DNA of 18,251 bases, taken from the NCBI GenBank assembly GCA_964510585.1, contig CAZECW010000122.1, positions 1 through 18,251 on the forward strand, read 5' to 3'. Below, one piece after another: positions 7,244 through 16,116 of this stretch; position 1 is the stretch's first letter, and every line of letters starts with the position of its first letter. Made by a program: the position numbers and the translations under genes. The notes under the pieces were generated by a model. That model was not told the origin of the DNA. It saw only the letters and a program-made list of their open reading frames with translations, and did not search any database. The stretch comes from an uncultured archaeon. Its GTDB lineage: Archaea; Asgardarchaeota; Jordiarchaeia; Jordiarchaeales; Jordiarchaeaceae.

Positions 7244-7687
7244 ACATCTGAACGACTTTTTCGGGCTTAGCGTGATTAGGGGGGTTCTGCTTGAAGGGTT
7301 CTTGGACGGCCAAGTTTGTTCCGTCCTTGACCATGGGGTTTTCCGCATTGAGGGTAGGGGGGATGTCCAAACAGTTTCTCCACCGCTACTATTATTTGGG
7401 CTTCTGTGAGGTTGGGGGTTGAGGATTGCTATGAGGTCGGCTCTCTTTTGTATCTGTGGGCTGGGGGGCAGATGACTCTTAAACCTGTAGGTTGGTGTGG
7501 GTGTTTTTCTCGCCCTTCTCTCGGGGGGTTTGTAGTCAACCTCGATGATCACACATGTATTTTTCAAAATTCACCAGTTATACTGTTGTAGCAATTCAAC
7601 CTTTCAAATTCATCACGCCAAGCCCGAAAATGTCTGCAATAGGGCATCTATGCCCAAATTTTTATATGTGAAAATAGAATTATAATA

Positions 7688-7699
7688 TTGTTATAACAA
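7688..7699. promoter_or_regulatory. 12-bp palindrome TTGTTATAACAA, candidate operator
   Basis: Sits between a TTTATATG TATA-like element (~7661-7668) and the GTGAGG RBS of the 7722 gene. Confidence 0.4.
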
Positions 7700-7721
7700 C
7701 GACAAGTGAGGTTTTTGGAAA

Positions 7722-8426
7722 GTGTCAGACCTTAAGATTTCTGACTTCAAAATGTTTGAAAAAGCCCCGTATGAAGACCCCGATCCCCGTGTCTTGACAG
7801 AGCTCACCATTAGTGGGATACGCGGAGAAGAAAAAATATATGGCCCCGTATTCACCGCCAGAGTGATAAGGTACGCCTTAAATCTTATGGCTCAAAAAGG
7901 AGAAGAAGCACCCCAAGACATCAAAGACTTAGACCAGCTAAAAGAGTATCTACTCTCAAAACCATTCAAAATTCCTCCCTACTGTGTAGCCATGTATGCC
8001 CAAGTTAAGGCTGAAAACGAGTTGCAAGGCCAAACCGGAGCCGGAACGCGGGTGGAAATGATGAACATGACCAAAAGGGCGGTGGAACTAGCGGGAACCC
8101 AAATTAATAGAATCCTCGACATTGACGCCATAATGCAAAGAATACGCCAAGTAGGAGTTTCAATGAAATTGGTTGCCTCTGAAATGGGATACAAGAAAAA
8201 CGGAGATGGTAGCCTAGATTTAATTTATCTCCGGTGCCCCTTTTTGGACACCTGCCAGTTAGCTTCGGATGAGGGCCTGTTGAAACGCCCAAATGGCAGA
8301 GCCAGATGTGGAGTACTCGGAGAATTTGGTTGCCAGTTACTTAAACTATATACTAGTTACGAGTGGGACTATGAACTCTTAGAAGCATATAAGCCACACT
8401 GCATAGTGAAACTATACATAGTCTAA
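7722..8426 (+). CDS. Hypothetical protein, 234 aa, with Cys-rich C-terminal half resembling V4R/MetOD1/ATC-hydrolase-like folds
   Basis: GTG start after GTGAGG. CPFLDTC...RCG...GC...HC pattern near the C-terminus. Long clean ORF. Confidence 0.7.
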   Translation: MSDLKISDFKMFEKAPYEDPDPRVLTELTISGIRGEEKIYGPVFTARVIRYALNLMAQKGEEAPQDIKDLDQLKEYLLSKPFKIPPYCVAMYAQVKAENELQGQTGAGTRVEMMNMTKRAVELAGTQINRILDIDAIMQRIRQVGVSMKLVASEMGYKKNGDGSLDLIYLRCPFLDTCQLASDEGLLKRPNGRARCGVLGEFGCQLLKLYTSYEWDYELLEAYKPHCIVKLYIV

Positions 8427-8598
8427 TTATTCGTTTATTTAGCGTGAGGCTTCGGAAAAGTTTCACATAGACAAAAATGAAAATATTCGTGCAGAAGATT
8501 TAGTTCAAACTCTGGTACTTCTGCTCTGAATCTAGTTTCATTAATATTTTTTACTTAGGAGTGAGTTTAAGTAAATTGTTCTTTTTACAAATTTTTGG

Positions 8599-9453
8599 TT
8601 ATTTGTGCTTAATTACCTCCTTTACTTTTTCGCTTTCATTGGTGAATTTTGGTTTTCTTTTCTCGCTGAAGGCTTTTGGTCCCTCGTAGAAATCGTGGTT
8701 AAGTAACAGATTCCAGAAGAGCATGCTCTCAATTCTCAAGCCTTCCTCCAGGGGAGTTCCAATACCCCTTATTAATGCTTCTTTGTCTGTTCTTATTGAT
8801 CCTTGGGGGAAGGAGCATATTGTTCGGGCCAATTCTTTCGCGCGTTCCAAGACCTTGTCTTTGGGCACAATCTCGTTTACCAGCCCGATTCTGTAGGCTT
8901 CTTGAGCGTCGATTTCTTTTCCTGTGAGAATTAGTTCCATGGCTCTTCCCAGGCCGACTACTCGCCATAGTCTTTGGGTTCCGCCGTCTCCTAGCCCCAC
9001 GTTCCATCTTCGGTTCAGCACTCCGAATTTTGCGTCTTCGGAGCAGATTCTTATGTCTGCTGCGAGGGCTATTTCCAGTCCTCCAGCGTAGCACATGCCG
9101 TTTATGGCGGCAATGATGGGTTTGAAGATTTGTATTCCTCGAGTTAAGCCTCCGAAGCCGGGTCCCTGGTAGGCGTTTTTTCGGGCAAAGTTAACCTTTT
9201 GCTCTTCTATGAAGGGGTGCCAGTTTTTGAGGTCGGCCCCAGTGCAGAAGGCTCTGTTTCCGGCTCCAGTTATTATCGCCACGTAGGCTTCATCATCCAT
9301 GTCGAATTTTTTCCAAACTTCTGCTAGTTCCAGATTCGTTTGAGGATCGATACAGTTTAAGACTTGGGGCCTATTGATGGTAATTATAAGGATGTGGTCT
9401 TCCTTCTCACATATCACGTTTTTGTACACACCATAATTTTTCAATTCTGTCAT
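8599..9453 (-). CDS. Enoyl-CoA hydratase/isomerase (crotonase superfamily); start ATG 9453 preferred over 9468
   Basis: FCTGADL, AAINGMCYAGGLE, DGGTQRL and AYRIGLVNEIVP motifs. GGAGG lies upstream of ATG 9453. Confidence 0.93.
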   Translation of the reverse strand: MTELKNYGVYKNVICEKEDHILIITINRPQVLNCIDPQTNLELAEVWKKFDMDDEAYVAIITGAGNRAFCTGADLKNWHPFIEEQKVNFARKNAYQGPGFGGLTRGIQIFKPIIAAINGMCYAGGLEIALAADIRICSEDAKFGVLNRRWNVGLGDGGTQRLWRVVGLGRAMELILTGKEIDAQEAYRIGLVNEIVPKDKVLERAKELARTICSFPQGSIRTDKEALIRGIGTPLEEGLRIESMLFWNLLLNHDFYEGPKAFSEKRKPKFTNESEKVKEVIKHK

Positions 9454-9635
9454 ACCATTTTCCTCCATTATAAATCTCGCATTTCAGTAACATAGTATAA
9501 TTTTATTTGGTTAGGTTTTGTCGGCGATTTAAGAATCTTATGATTCCTCATCTCAACTTGTGGTTCCAAAACTGGAAACTACTAGGTGAGGCTCCTCTGC
9601 TTGGAGAAATCGAATCGAATAGTGTACATTGCTGG

Positions 9636-9896
9636 TTATGTTAGCCACTTTTTCTTTTCCCGCTCAAATTCTTTTTTGACGATTCTTTCTTTTTCTTTTT
9701 TGCTGATTTTCCGTCTAGTTTTTTCTAATTGTTTTCTGAGTGGTAGGTAGTACTTTTCTAAAAGGGTTACTATTTCCTTTTCAGGCATGTTCATCATGTA
9801 TGCAACTGTTTTGACTGATCGGAATTGTTTATACAATTTGTAAGCCTTTTTTGCGAGGAGCTTCTCCTTAACCTCAGCTTCTCTCATTTTAACCAT
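9636..9896 (-). CDS. Small, very basic protein with a helix-turn-helix-like segment, 86 aa
   Basis: AYKLYKQFRSVKTVAYMMNMPEKEIVTLLEKY resembles an HTH; Lys/Arg/Glu-rich helical tail; fills an otherwise empty gap. Confidence 0.55.
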   Translation of the reverse strand: MVKMREAEVKEKLLAKKAYKLYKQFRSVKTVAYMMNMPEKEIVTLLEKYYLPLRKQLEKTRRKISKKEKERIVKKEFEREKKKWLT

Positions 9897-10053
9897 CGTT
9901 CATTAACAATGCTCCCAACACTACTTTAATTCCGGTGAAACAGTGTTTCACATTTTTTTGGGATTCTTAAGTAATTTTGGTTTCGTTAAGCTTATATTTT
10001 ATTTCGATTCTCTTTATTTTCAATTTTGGCTAATAGGTTGTGAAGGTGAGCAT

Positions 10054-11400
10054 TTGAGACATCCGCATCTGGACTTTAGGTTTATTCCTATTTATCTTGC
10101 TGCTGCGATGGGACCCTTTAGTGGAAACCTAATTTTGCCCATGATTTCCGTTTTGAAGAATGATTTGTTCACTGATGTGTCTCTTATTATGCTTTCTTTG
10201 ACTCTTTTTCAGGTTCCTTTTGCCTTGGGACAGTTTTTTTCGGGTGGCTTGTCTGATGTTTATGGGAGGATGAAACTAATTTTGGCCGGATTTTTGCTCC
10301 TCGCCTTGGGCTTCGCATTTACGCCCTTCTCCACAAATATTTGGTTCTTCATAGCCACAAGAATTATCCAAGGACTGGGATTAGCTCTCATATCTCCGGT
10401 TCTAATTGCCCTCATAGGGGACTTAACGGAGCCTCAGCAAAGGGGGCGATACATGGGTTTCTACAGCGCCGCCATACAGACGGGTATAGCTATTGGGCCA
10501 TACGTGGGGGGAGCAATGGCCAATCAGTGGCGTCTCCTCTTCATGGTTATGGCGGTTTTTTCAGTAATCTTAACCCTGTGCAGTTGGCTTTGCCTCAGGG
10601 GAATCGGAGTAAAGGAGGGTGGAAGCCTTAGGGATATTGCCGAGAATATTAGAGACACTTTAAGGTACAGGCAGGTTCTCATTTTGGGTGTCACTGGATT
10701 CATGGTTTTCTTCTCCTATCTTGCCGTGATTTCTCTAAGTTCAGATGCGCTATCCGTGTTTCCATACTACATAGATCCCAACTCTATAGGCATAATTCTC
10801 TCAACAAGCGGCGTTTTAGGAATTTTCACATCGTCCCTCGCGGGTTATCTTACAGATAGATTTGGTAAACTAAAAATTCCCACCATAGGAATGATAATAG
10901 CTGGAGCAGCCCTAATCGTAATGACTTTTGTCACAATTTATTCAGAATCAGCCTTCCCCCTCGCCTACATACCGAACCTATTAGAAACCACGAACCAAAG
11001 CATACTAACTGATCAAGCCCTCTTAAGCTTGCTTTCCCTCCAAATCCTGTTCAGAACATTGTTCGGAGGGATTTTTTGGGATTTCCTAATTCTTATGTCT
11101 ATTAGGGGAGTTGGAATTTCCTTTGTGTGGCCCGCTCTTTTAGCCCTCTCGGTAGAAGTGGTACCACCACATAGTAGGGGAGCGTCCACATCGATTTTCA
11201 GTGGTATGCGGTTCCTAGGTTACTCTCTGGCACCGATAACTTTCACACCAGTATACCTCTGGATGGGGCTGGATGCAGTTTTCATTTTGGGAGCAGCACT
11301 CACACCAGTAATAATAGCGCTCATATACCTGGTAACAAGAAAGAAAATTGAAAAACCAGAAATGATACCCAAGAAAAGAGAATTAAAACCTGACGCATAG
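10054..11400 (+). CDS. Major facilitator superfamily transporter (DHA1-like); TTG 10054 preferred over GTG 9943
   Basis: MFS motif A in both halves (GGLSDVYGRMK, GYLTDRFGK) and ~12 hydrophobic segments. GAAGGTGA RBS precedes TTG 10054. Confidence 0.9.
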   Translation: MRHPHLDFRFIPIYLAAAMGPFSGNLILPMISVLKNDLFTDVSLIMLSLTLFQVPFALGQFFSGGLSDVYGRMKLILAGFLLLALGFAFTPFSTNIWFFIATRIIQGLGLALISPVLIALIGDLTEPQQRGRYMGFYSAAIQTGIAIGPYVGGAMANQWRLLFMVMAVFSVILTLCSWLCLRGIGVKEGGSLRDIAENIRDTLRYRQVLILGVTGFMVFFSYLAVISLSSDALSVFPYYIDPNSIGIILSTSGVLGIFTSSLAGYLTDRFGKLKIPTIGMIIAGAALIVMTFVTIYSESAFPLAYIPNLLETTNQSILTDQALLSLLSLQILFRTLFGGIFWDFLILMSIRGVGISFVWPALLALSVEVVPPHSRGASTSIFSGMRFLGYSLAPITFTPVYLWMGLDAVFILGAALTPVIIALIYLVTRKKIEKPEMIPKKRELKPDA

Positions 11401-11875
11401 AAAAGGAAACCAACCGCAACAAAATTTTAGACCGCTTAACAAAAACTAGTACTTTAAATCTTTCAACACTAATTTCTTTTTCTGACATTAATTATTTGAG
11501 CAAGTTGACTTCAGCTGGTTGACAAAAAAGCGTTTTCTCTCTCTGACTATTTACTAATTGCGTTATTCTTCCCTTCAATACGCGAAGGAGCAATTTTATC
11601 ACTAGTTTTAATCACCAGTGTCTAGGAAAACTTAAAGTTCTGGTGGTTCAACCCCCCTTGTTGTTCATGAAATTTTTTATCCTTTTTCGCCATCTTCGAG
11701 TTTTGAAAATAACCTTTTTTGTGTTTTTCCAGTAAAAAGAGGGTTACTGTTTCCCAATTTTTCCCCACACATTGGACCATTTCTAAATGGCATTCCTTTT
11801 TTTCCGAAATATATATATGTGGGGTTTTTTCCATTCGTGCATGTCAACCATTTAGCAAAAATTGGTGAAGGAGAA

Positions 11876-13090
11876 ATGAAGTTAGAAGATATTAAGAATA
11901 TTACTGTTCTCGGTGCTGGGGCCATGGGCCACGGGATTGCACAGCTTTGCGCAGTCGCAGGCTATAATGTTGTTATGAGGGACATCGAAAAGAAATTTGT
12001 TGACGATGGCTTGGGGAAAATCAAGTGGAGCCTCGACAAACTTGCATCAAAAGGCAAAATATCTGCCGACATGGTAAAAGCGTCCCTAGATAGGATCACT
12101 ACGACTACCGACCTTAAGGAGTCAGTTAAGAATTGTGACTTTATGATAGAGGCCATCCCAGAAGTCCTCAAGCTCAAACAGGACACCTTCAAAGAAGTAG
12201 ACTCCATAGCTCCCAAACACGCTATACTGGCAACCAACACCAGCGCCCTACCTATAACAGAGATAGCAGCGGCAACAAAGAGGCCAGAAAAAGTTGTGGG
12301 AATGCACTTCTTCAACCCACCGCAAATGATGAGACTAGTGGAAGTCATATACGGAGCCAAGACCAGCAAAGAAACAGCAGAAATCACCTACAACCTAGCA
12401 ATAAAACTGGGAAAAGAACCAGTTTACTGCCTAAAGGACATTCCAGGATTCTTGGCAAATCGAGTCATGAATCCTCCAGGAAACTTCCTAGCCTGGCTGG
12501 TTAGCGAAAAAATCTTCACACCTGAAGAGATTGATTCCACATCACACTTTAAACTAGGCAATCCGATGGGAACCTTCGGCCTAATGGACTATGTAGGCCT
12601 AGACGTGGGCTACAATGTTCAGAAATTCTTCGAACAAAGGGAACCGCCCTACAAGGTTGCCCCAATACTTGAGGAAAAAATAAAAAAGAAGGAACTGGGC
12701 GTAAAAACCGGCAAGGGGTTCTACGAGTATCCAGACAAGCAGTGGAGAGTCCCCCCAGAATGGAGTAAAGATAAAGCAGAAAAAGTTGACCCCATGATGT
12801 CCGCCTACGTAGCCATAAACAGAGCTGCCCAAATAGTGGCTGATGGTGTGGCCAGCGTAGAAGATGTGGACAAAGCTGTAAGACTAGGATTTAACATGCC
12901 CTTTGGTATGCTCCAGTTAGCCGACATGCAGGGAATAGATGTCGTGGTACAAAAACTAGAAGAACTGGACAAGAAATACGGCAAAATAGATGGATTGCAC
13001 GCACTCTTGGAACCACACCCCCTACTCAGAAAAATGGTTAAAGAGGGGAAGCTGGGACAAAAAACAAAACAAGGATTCTACAAATATTAA
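11876..13090 (+). CDS. 3-hydroxyacyl-CoA dehydrogenase (NAD-binding domain plus two C-terminal domains), 404 aa, paralog 1
   Basis: GAGAMG, RD, EAIPE..KLK, NTS, HFFNP, LVE and GFLANR motifs. GGTGAAGGAG precedes ATG 11876. Confidence 0.95.
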   Translation: MKLEDIKNITVLGAGAMGHGIAQLCAVAGYNVVMRDIEKKFVDDGLGKIKWSLDKLASKGKISADMVKASLDRITTTTDLKESVKNCDFMIEAIPEVLKLKQDTFKEVDSIAPKHAILATNTSALPITEIAAATKRPEKVVGMHFFNPPQMMRLVEVIYGAKTSKETAEITYNLAIKLGKEPVYCLKDIPGFLANRVMNPPGNFLAWLVSEKIFTPEEIDSTSHFKLGNPMGTFGLMDYVGLDVGYNVQKFFEQREPPYKVAPILEEKIKKKELGVKTGKGFYEYPDKQWRVPPEWSKDKAEKVDPMMSAYVAINRAAQIVADGVASVEDVDKAVRLGFNMPFGMLQLADMQGIDVVVQKLEELDKKYGKIDGLHALLEPHPLLRKMVKEGKLGQKTKQGFYKY

Positions 13091-13135
13091 AAAATCGGTA
13101 ACTTCATAGACTCAAAAATAAAAATTCAACCCCGC

Positions 13136-13165
13136 CTCTCTTTTTTATGAAATTTTTTTTCTTTT
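13136..13165 (+). terminator. T-tract terminator candidate after dehydrogenase 1
   Basis: CTCTC-T6...T8-C-T4 starting ~45 nt after the stop. Confidence 0.5.
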
Positions 13166-13409
13166 ATGCAGGGAATGTCTACACAACTGTGCAAAAAGAG
13201 GATTCATTTAACTGAACCACGACTATTTTGTCAGAATCCAATACACTACACATACAGTTCAGAGCAAACCTTAAAGCAGCCTCTCATCTATAATAGGTGG
13301 AATAATTTAGACCCCGTGCAAGGATATTTAAACTGTTAACCTTTTTAGAAGGGCATTCTACATATCTATGATGTGTTGCTTATTGGTTAACGATTTGGAG
13401 TTGATGGAA

Positions 13410-14624
13410 GTGAATGTTGAAGATGTTGAAACCTTGACTGTTCTGGGAGCTGGCCACATGGGGTTGGGAATAGCGCAGGTAATAGCTATGTCCGGATATC
13501 AGGTTAACCTAATGGATTTGAACAGGGAGACTCTCGAGAAAAATATTGGTAGAATAAAGTATATTCTCACAAGATATGCGGAGAAGGGAGAGTTTCCACG
13601 GGACAAAATTGAGCCCACCATGAATAGAATAAGACCCTTCACAGATTTGAAAGAATCAGTAAGGGATTCCCAATATGTTATTGAGACTGTTCCGGAGGAG
13701 CTTGAACTCAAACAGAGAGTTTTCAGAGAGGTGGAGAAACTTGTCCCGGAGGATGTGATAATCTCAACCAACACAAGCGCCCTCCCCATAACAGAGATTC
13801 AAGAGGGAATGAAAAAGCCGCAAAGAGTTGTGGGTACACACTTTTTCAATCCACCCCAGAGAATAAAACTGGTGGAAATAGTTTATGGAGCCAAGACCAG
13901 CGACGAAACCGTAAATTTCACACTAGAACTTATGAAGAGAATAGACAGAGATCCCGTAGTATGCAAAAAGGATGTCCCTGGATTCCTAGCCAATAGGACG
14001 GTAATTGTGATGCTTAACTTCGCAAGCTGGCTTGTAAGCGAAGGCATATTTACACCGGCTGAGATAGACTCCGCATTCCATTATAAACTGGGACAACCAA
14101 TGGGCACATTCGGATTAAACGATTTCTTGGGACTAAAAACCACCTATCAAGTGCAGAAATTCATAGCCCAGAGAGAACCAACATTTAAGGTTCCACCAAT
14201 ATGGGAGAACCTGGTGAAAGCCGGACACAACGGTGTGGACACTGGAAAAGGCTTCTATGAGTATCCCGATAAGGTTTGGAGAAAGCCACAATCCTGGAGT
14301 GAAAAAATCGCAGACAAATATGACACTACCTGGTCCCTCCTAGTGGGAATAAATAGGATGGCACAAATCGTAAACGATGGAGTAGCAACGGTAGAAGAAG
14401 TGGATAAAGCGGTAAAAATCGGCTACTTGATGCCCGTAGGCCTGCTAGAACTCGCAGACCAAATGGGCATTGACAAGGTGGTAGAGGGACTCGAAGAATT
14501 AAAAAAGAGGTTTGGAAAAATCGACAATTTAAGCCACATTCTGGAGCCGAATCCACTACTCAAAGAAAAAATAAAAAAAGGACAACTGGGAGTAAAAACC
14601 AAAATGGGATTCTACAAGTACTAA
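13410..14624 (+). CDS. 3-hydroxyacyl-CoA dehydrogenase, 404 aa, paralog 2; GTG 13410 preferred
   Basis: Same catalytic motifs (GAGHMG, NTS, HFFNP, LVE, GFLANR). GGAGTTGA RBS before GTG 13410. Gap-free alignment to paralog 1. Confidence 0.95.
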   Translation: MNVEDVETLTVLGAGHMGLGIAQVIAMSGYQVNLMDLNRETLEKNIGRIKYILTRYAEKGEFPRDKIEPTMNRIRPFTDLKESVRDSQYVIETVPEELELKQRVFREVEKLVPEDVIISTNTSALPITEIQEGMKKPQRVVGTHFFNPPQRIKLVEIVYGAKTSDETVNFTLELMKRIDRDPVVCKKDVPGFLANRTVIVMLNFASWLVSEGIFTPAEIDSAFHYKLGQPMGTFGLNDFLGLKTTYQVQKFIAQREPTFKVPPIWENLVKAGHNGVDTGKGFYEYPDKVWRKPQSWSEKIADKYDTTWSLLVGINRMAQIVNDGVATVEEVDKAVKIGYLMPVGLLELADQMGIDKVVEGLEELKKRFGKIDNLSHILEPNPLLKEKIKKGQLGVKTKMGFYKY

Positions 14625-14682
14625 CAGGTTATAAATTACCAAAAAAAGGTAGAAAATTCCAAGCTCCCAGTCATAAACTCCA

Positions 14683-14706
14683 GAAAATAAAAAAAGGGGA
14701 AAAGGG
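14683..14706 (-). terminator. Pyrimidine/T-tract terminator candidate after the NlpC/P60 gene
   Basis: Minus strand reads CCCTTTTCCCCTTTTTTTATTTTCT ~25 nt after the stop. Confidence 0.45.
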
Positions 14707-14731
14707 ATTTTTGGCCTATCTCCCAAGTTAC

Positions 14732-15412
14732 TTATGAGGAGTACGCCACCAGGTACGTGTCACCGTCATCAGCTAATTCTTGGGGTGCTACATTGTATCC
14801 GTACTTCCAACTCCATCCGGGGTTTTGGTCGATGTCGGGTCCGCCCACCGCCTTATATGCGGCCCACACAAGTTCGCTGCAATAGTAGCTGTTGCCCTCA
14901 ACTTGTTTGCCTCCTATATAGGTGAGCCAAATGTAATCGTAGGGTAGTCCCACTTTTGTCAGGGCCCAGTTCACAGCCTGCTGCTTTATGGAGCTTGAGG
15001 TGCTTACTCGATAAATGGCTGCGTCGTTAGCATTGTGAATCATGCTGATATCCACAACTCTCACACCGTTTTTCCAAGCTTCAATCATTTTGCCATTTCC
15101 AATATACATAGCGGCGTGTGAGTAGTGCCCCGGCATTGACTTGTCACCAACAAATACTCCCGAGACAAGAATTATGTCCCCCACCTGTAGCTTACTGAGG
15201 TCAAGATTGTTTCCATCGCCTCCCCAAGTGTCGCCTACCAGCTTCGAATCAAGGGTTCCCCCGTTGTTTATACCGCTATTTATGGCGGCAAGTGCAATTA
15301 GCCCAGTAAGATTACCGTTGCTCCCGCTTAAAGTCGCAGCTAGACCAGCTGAAAGCAACATAGACATTGCGAACAGCGAAATGCAGAAAATAGAAAAGCC
15401 CTTCCTTCTCAT
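14732..15412 (-). CDS. Secreted permuted papain-like NlpC/P60 cysteine hydrolase (YiiX/YebB/YycO-like); ATG 15412 preferred
   Basis: Signal-peptide-like MRRKGFSIFCISLFAMSMLLSAGLAA. GDIIL, HAAMYIG (His), PYDY and YCSELVWAAY (Cys) occur in the permuted His-before-Cys order. Confidence 0.85.
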   Translation of the reverse strand: MRRKGFSIFCISLFAMSMLLSAGLAATLSGSNGNLTGLIALAAINSGINNGGTLDSKLVGDTWGGDGNNLDLSKLQVGDIILVSGVFVGDKSMPGHYSHAAMYIGNGKMIEAWKNGVRVVDISMIHNANDAAIYRVSTSSSIKQQAVNWALTKVGLPYDYIWLTYIGGKQVEGNSYYCSELVWAAYKAVGGPDIDQNPGWSWKYGYNVAPQELADDGDTYLVAYSS

Positions 15413-16116
15413 GGTATATTTCTCCACACATTTTTGAAAATTTAATCTTATTCTCCTCTTATTTAAATTTTTTGTAAAAGAGGAGTATAACGCATTTATT
15501 ATAGCTTTTAGAGGATTATAAGGGGTGGTTTTACATAAAGTTTGATATTATTACCAGAATTATGGAAATAATCCCTATTAACCGTATTTCGGGGTAAAAA
15601 TTTTGAAGAGTATTAAATTATTATGGCTGACCTTCGTTTCCCACTTCCTTGTACCCCGACAAACATTTTCCAAGCAGAGATGTTAAAGAAGAGAAACGCG
15701 CCCAAACCTTCACAGCAGCAGCCTCCTAAAACTAGAATTGATATTAAAAATATGACCCCCTCAATCAAAAAATGTAAAGCATACAAATCCTAATCTAAAA
15801 AGTACATATTAGAATATCTGGAGCCGCTTATATCCAATTCAGCAAGCATATATATACAGTCCATGTATTGAGGAGTTTCGTCCATTCCTCTTACTTGGTT
15901 CTGGGGTAGAAAAGAAGAGTTAAATTCGTAATGTTAAAACTAGTGTTTGCGGAATGGTTTTGTTCGACTCAAGATCCTTCTTTGGGGTATTTTAAGCGAT
16001 TGTGTTTAAATCCGGTGATGGAAGGGGAAAAAATCGTTTAAGGTAAGTGTTGGTAGAAATAATTAAGTCAGTTTCCTTGTTTGAAACATGCTTCACTTAG
16101 CTGTGCTTGACGCCTT

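Noticed and set aside
7500-7530. Similarity to 17763-17790 (GGTGTTTT...CGGGGGGTT)
   Set aside because: Both lie in G/T-rich low-complexity tracts and the middle does not align; likely chance.
7610-7616. C-box-like GTGATGA on the minus strand (also at 17621-17627)
   Set aside because: No CTGA D-box at a suitable distance, so a C/D sRNA is unsupported.
9943-13409. Longest-ORF starts at 9943, 11819 and 13368
   Set aside because: Each overlaps promoter-like AT-rich DNA, and good RBS motifs precede the downstream starts at 10054, 11876 and 13410.
15958-15974. tRNA T-arm-like hairpin TTTTG-TTCGACT-CAAGA
   Set aside because: AU-rich stem with no D-arm, anticodon arm or 7-bp acceptor stem around it.
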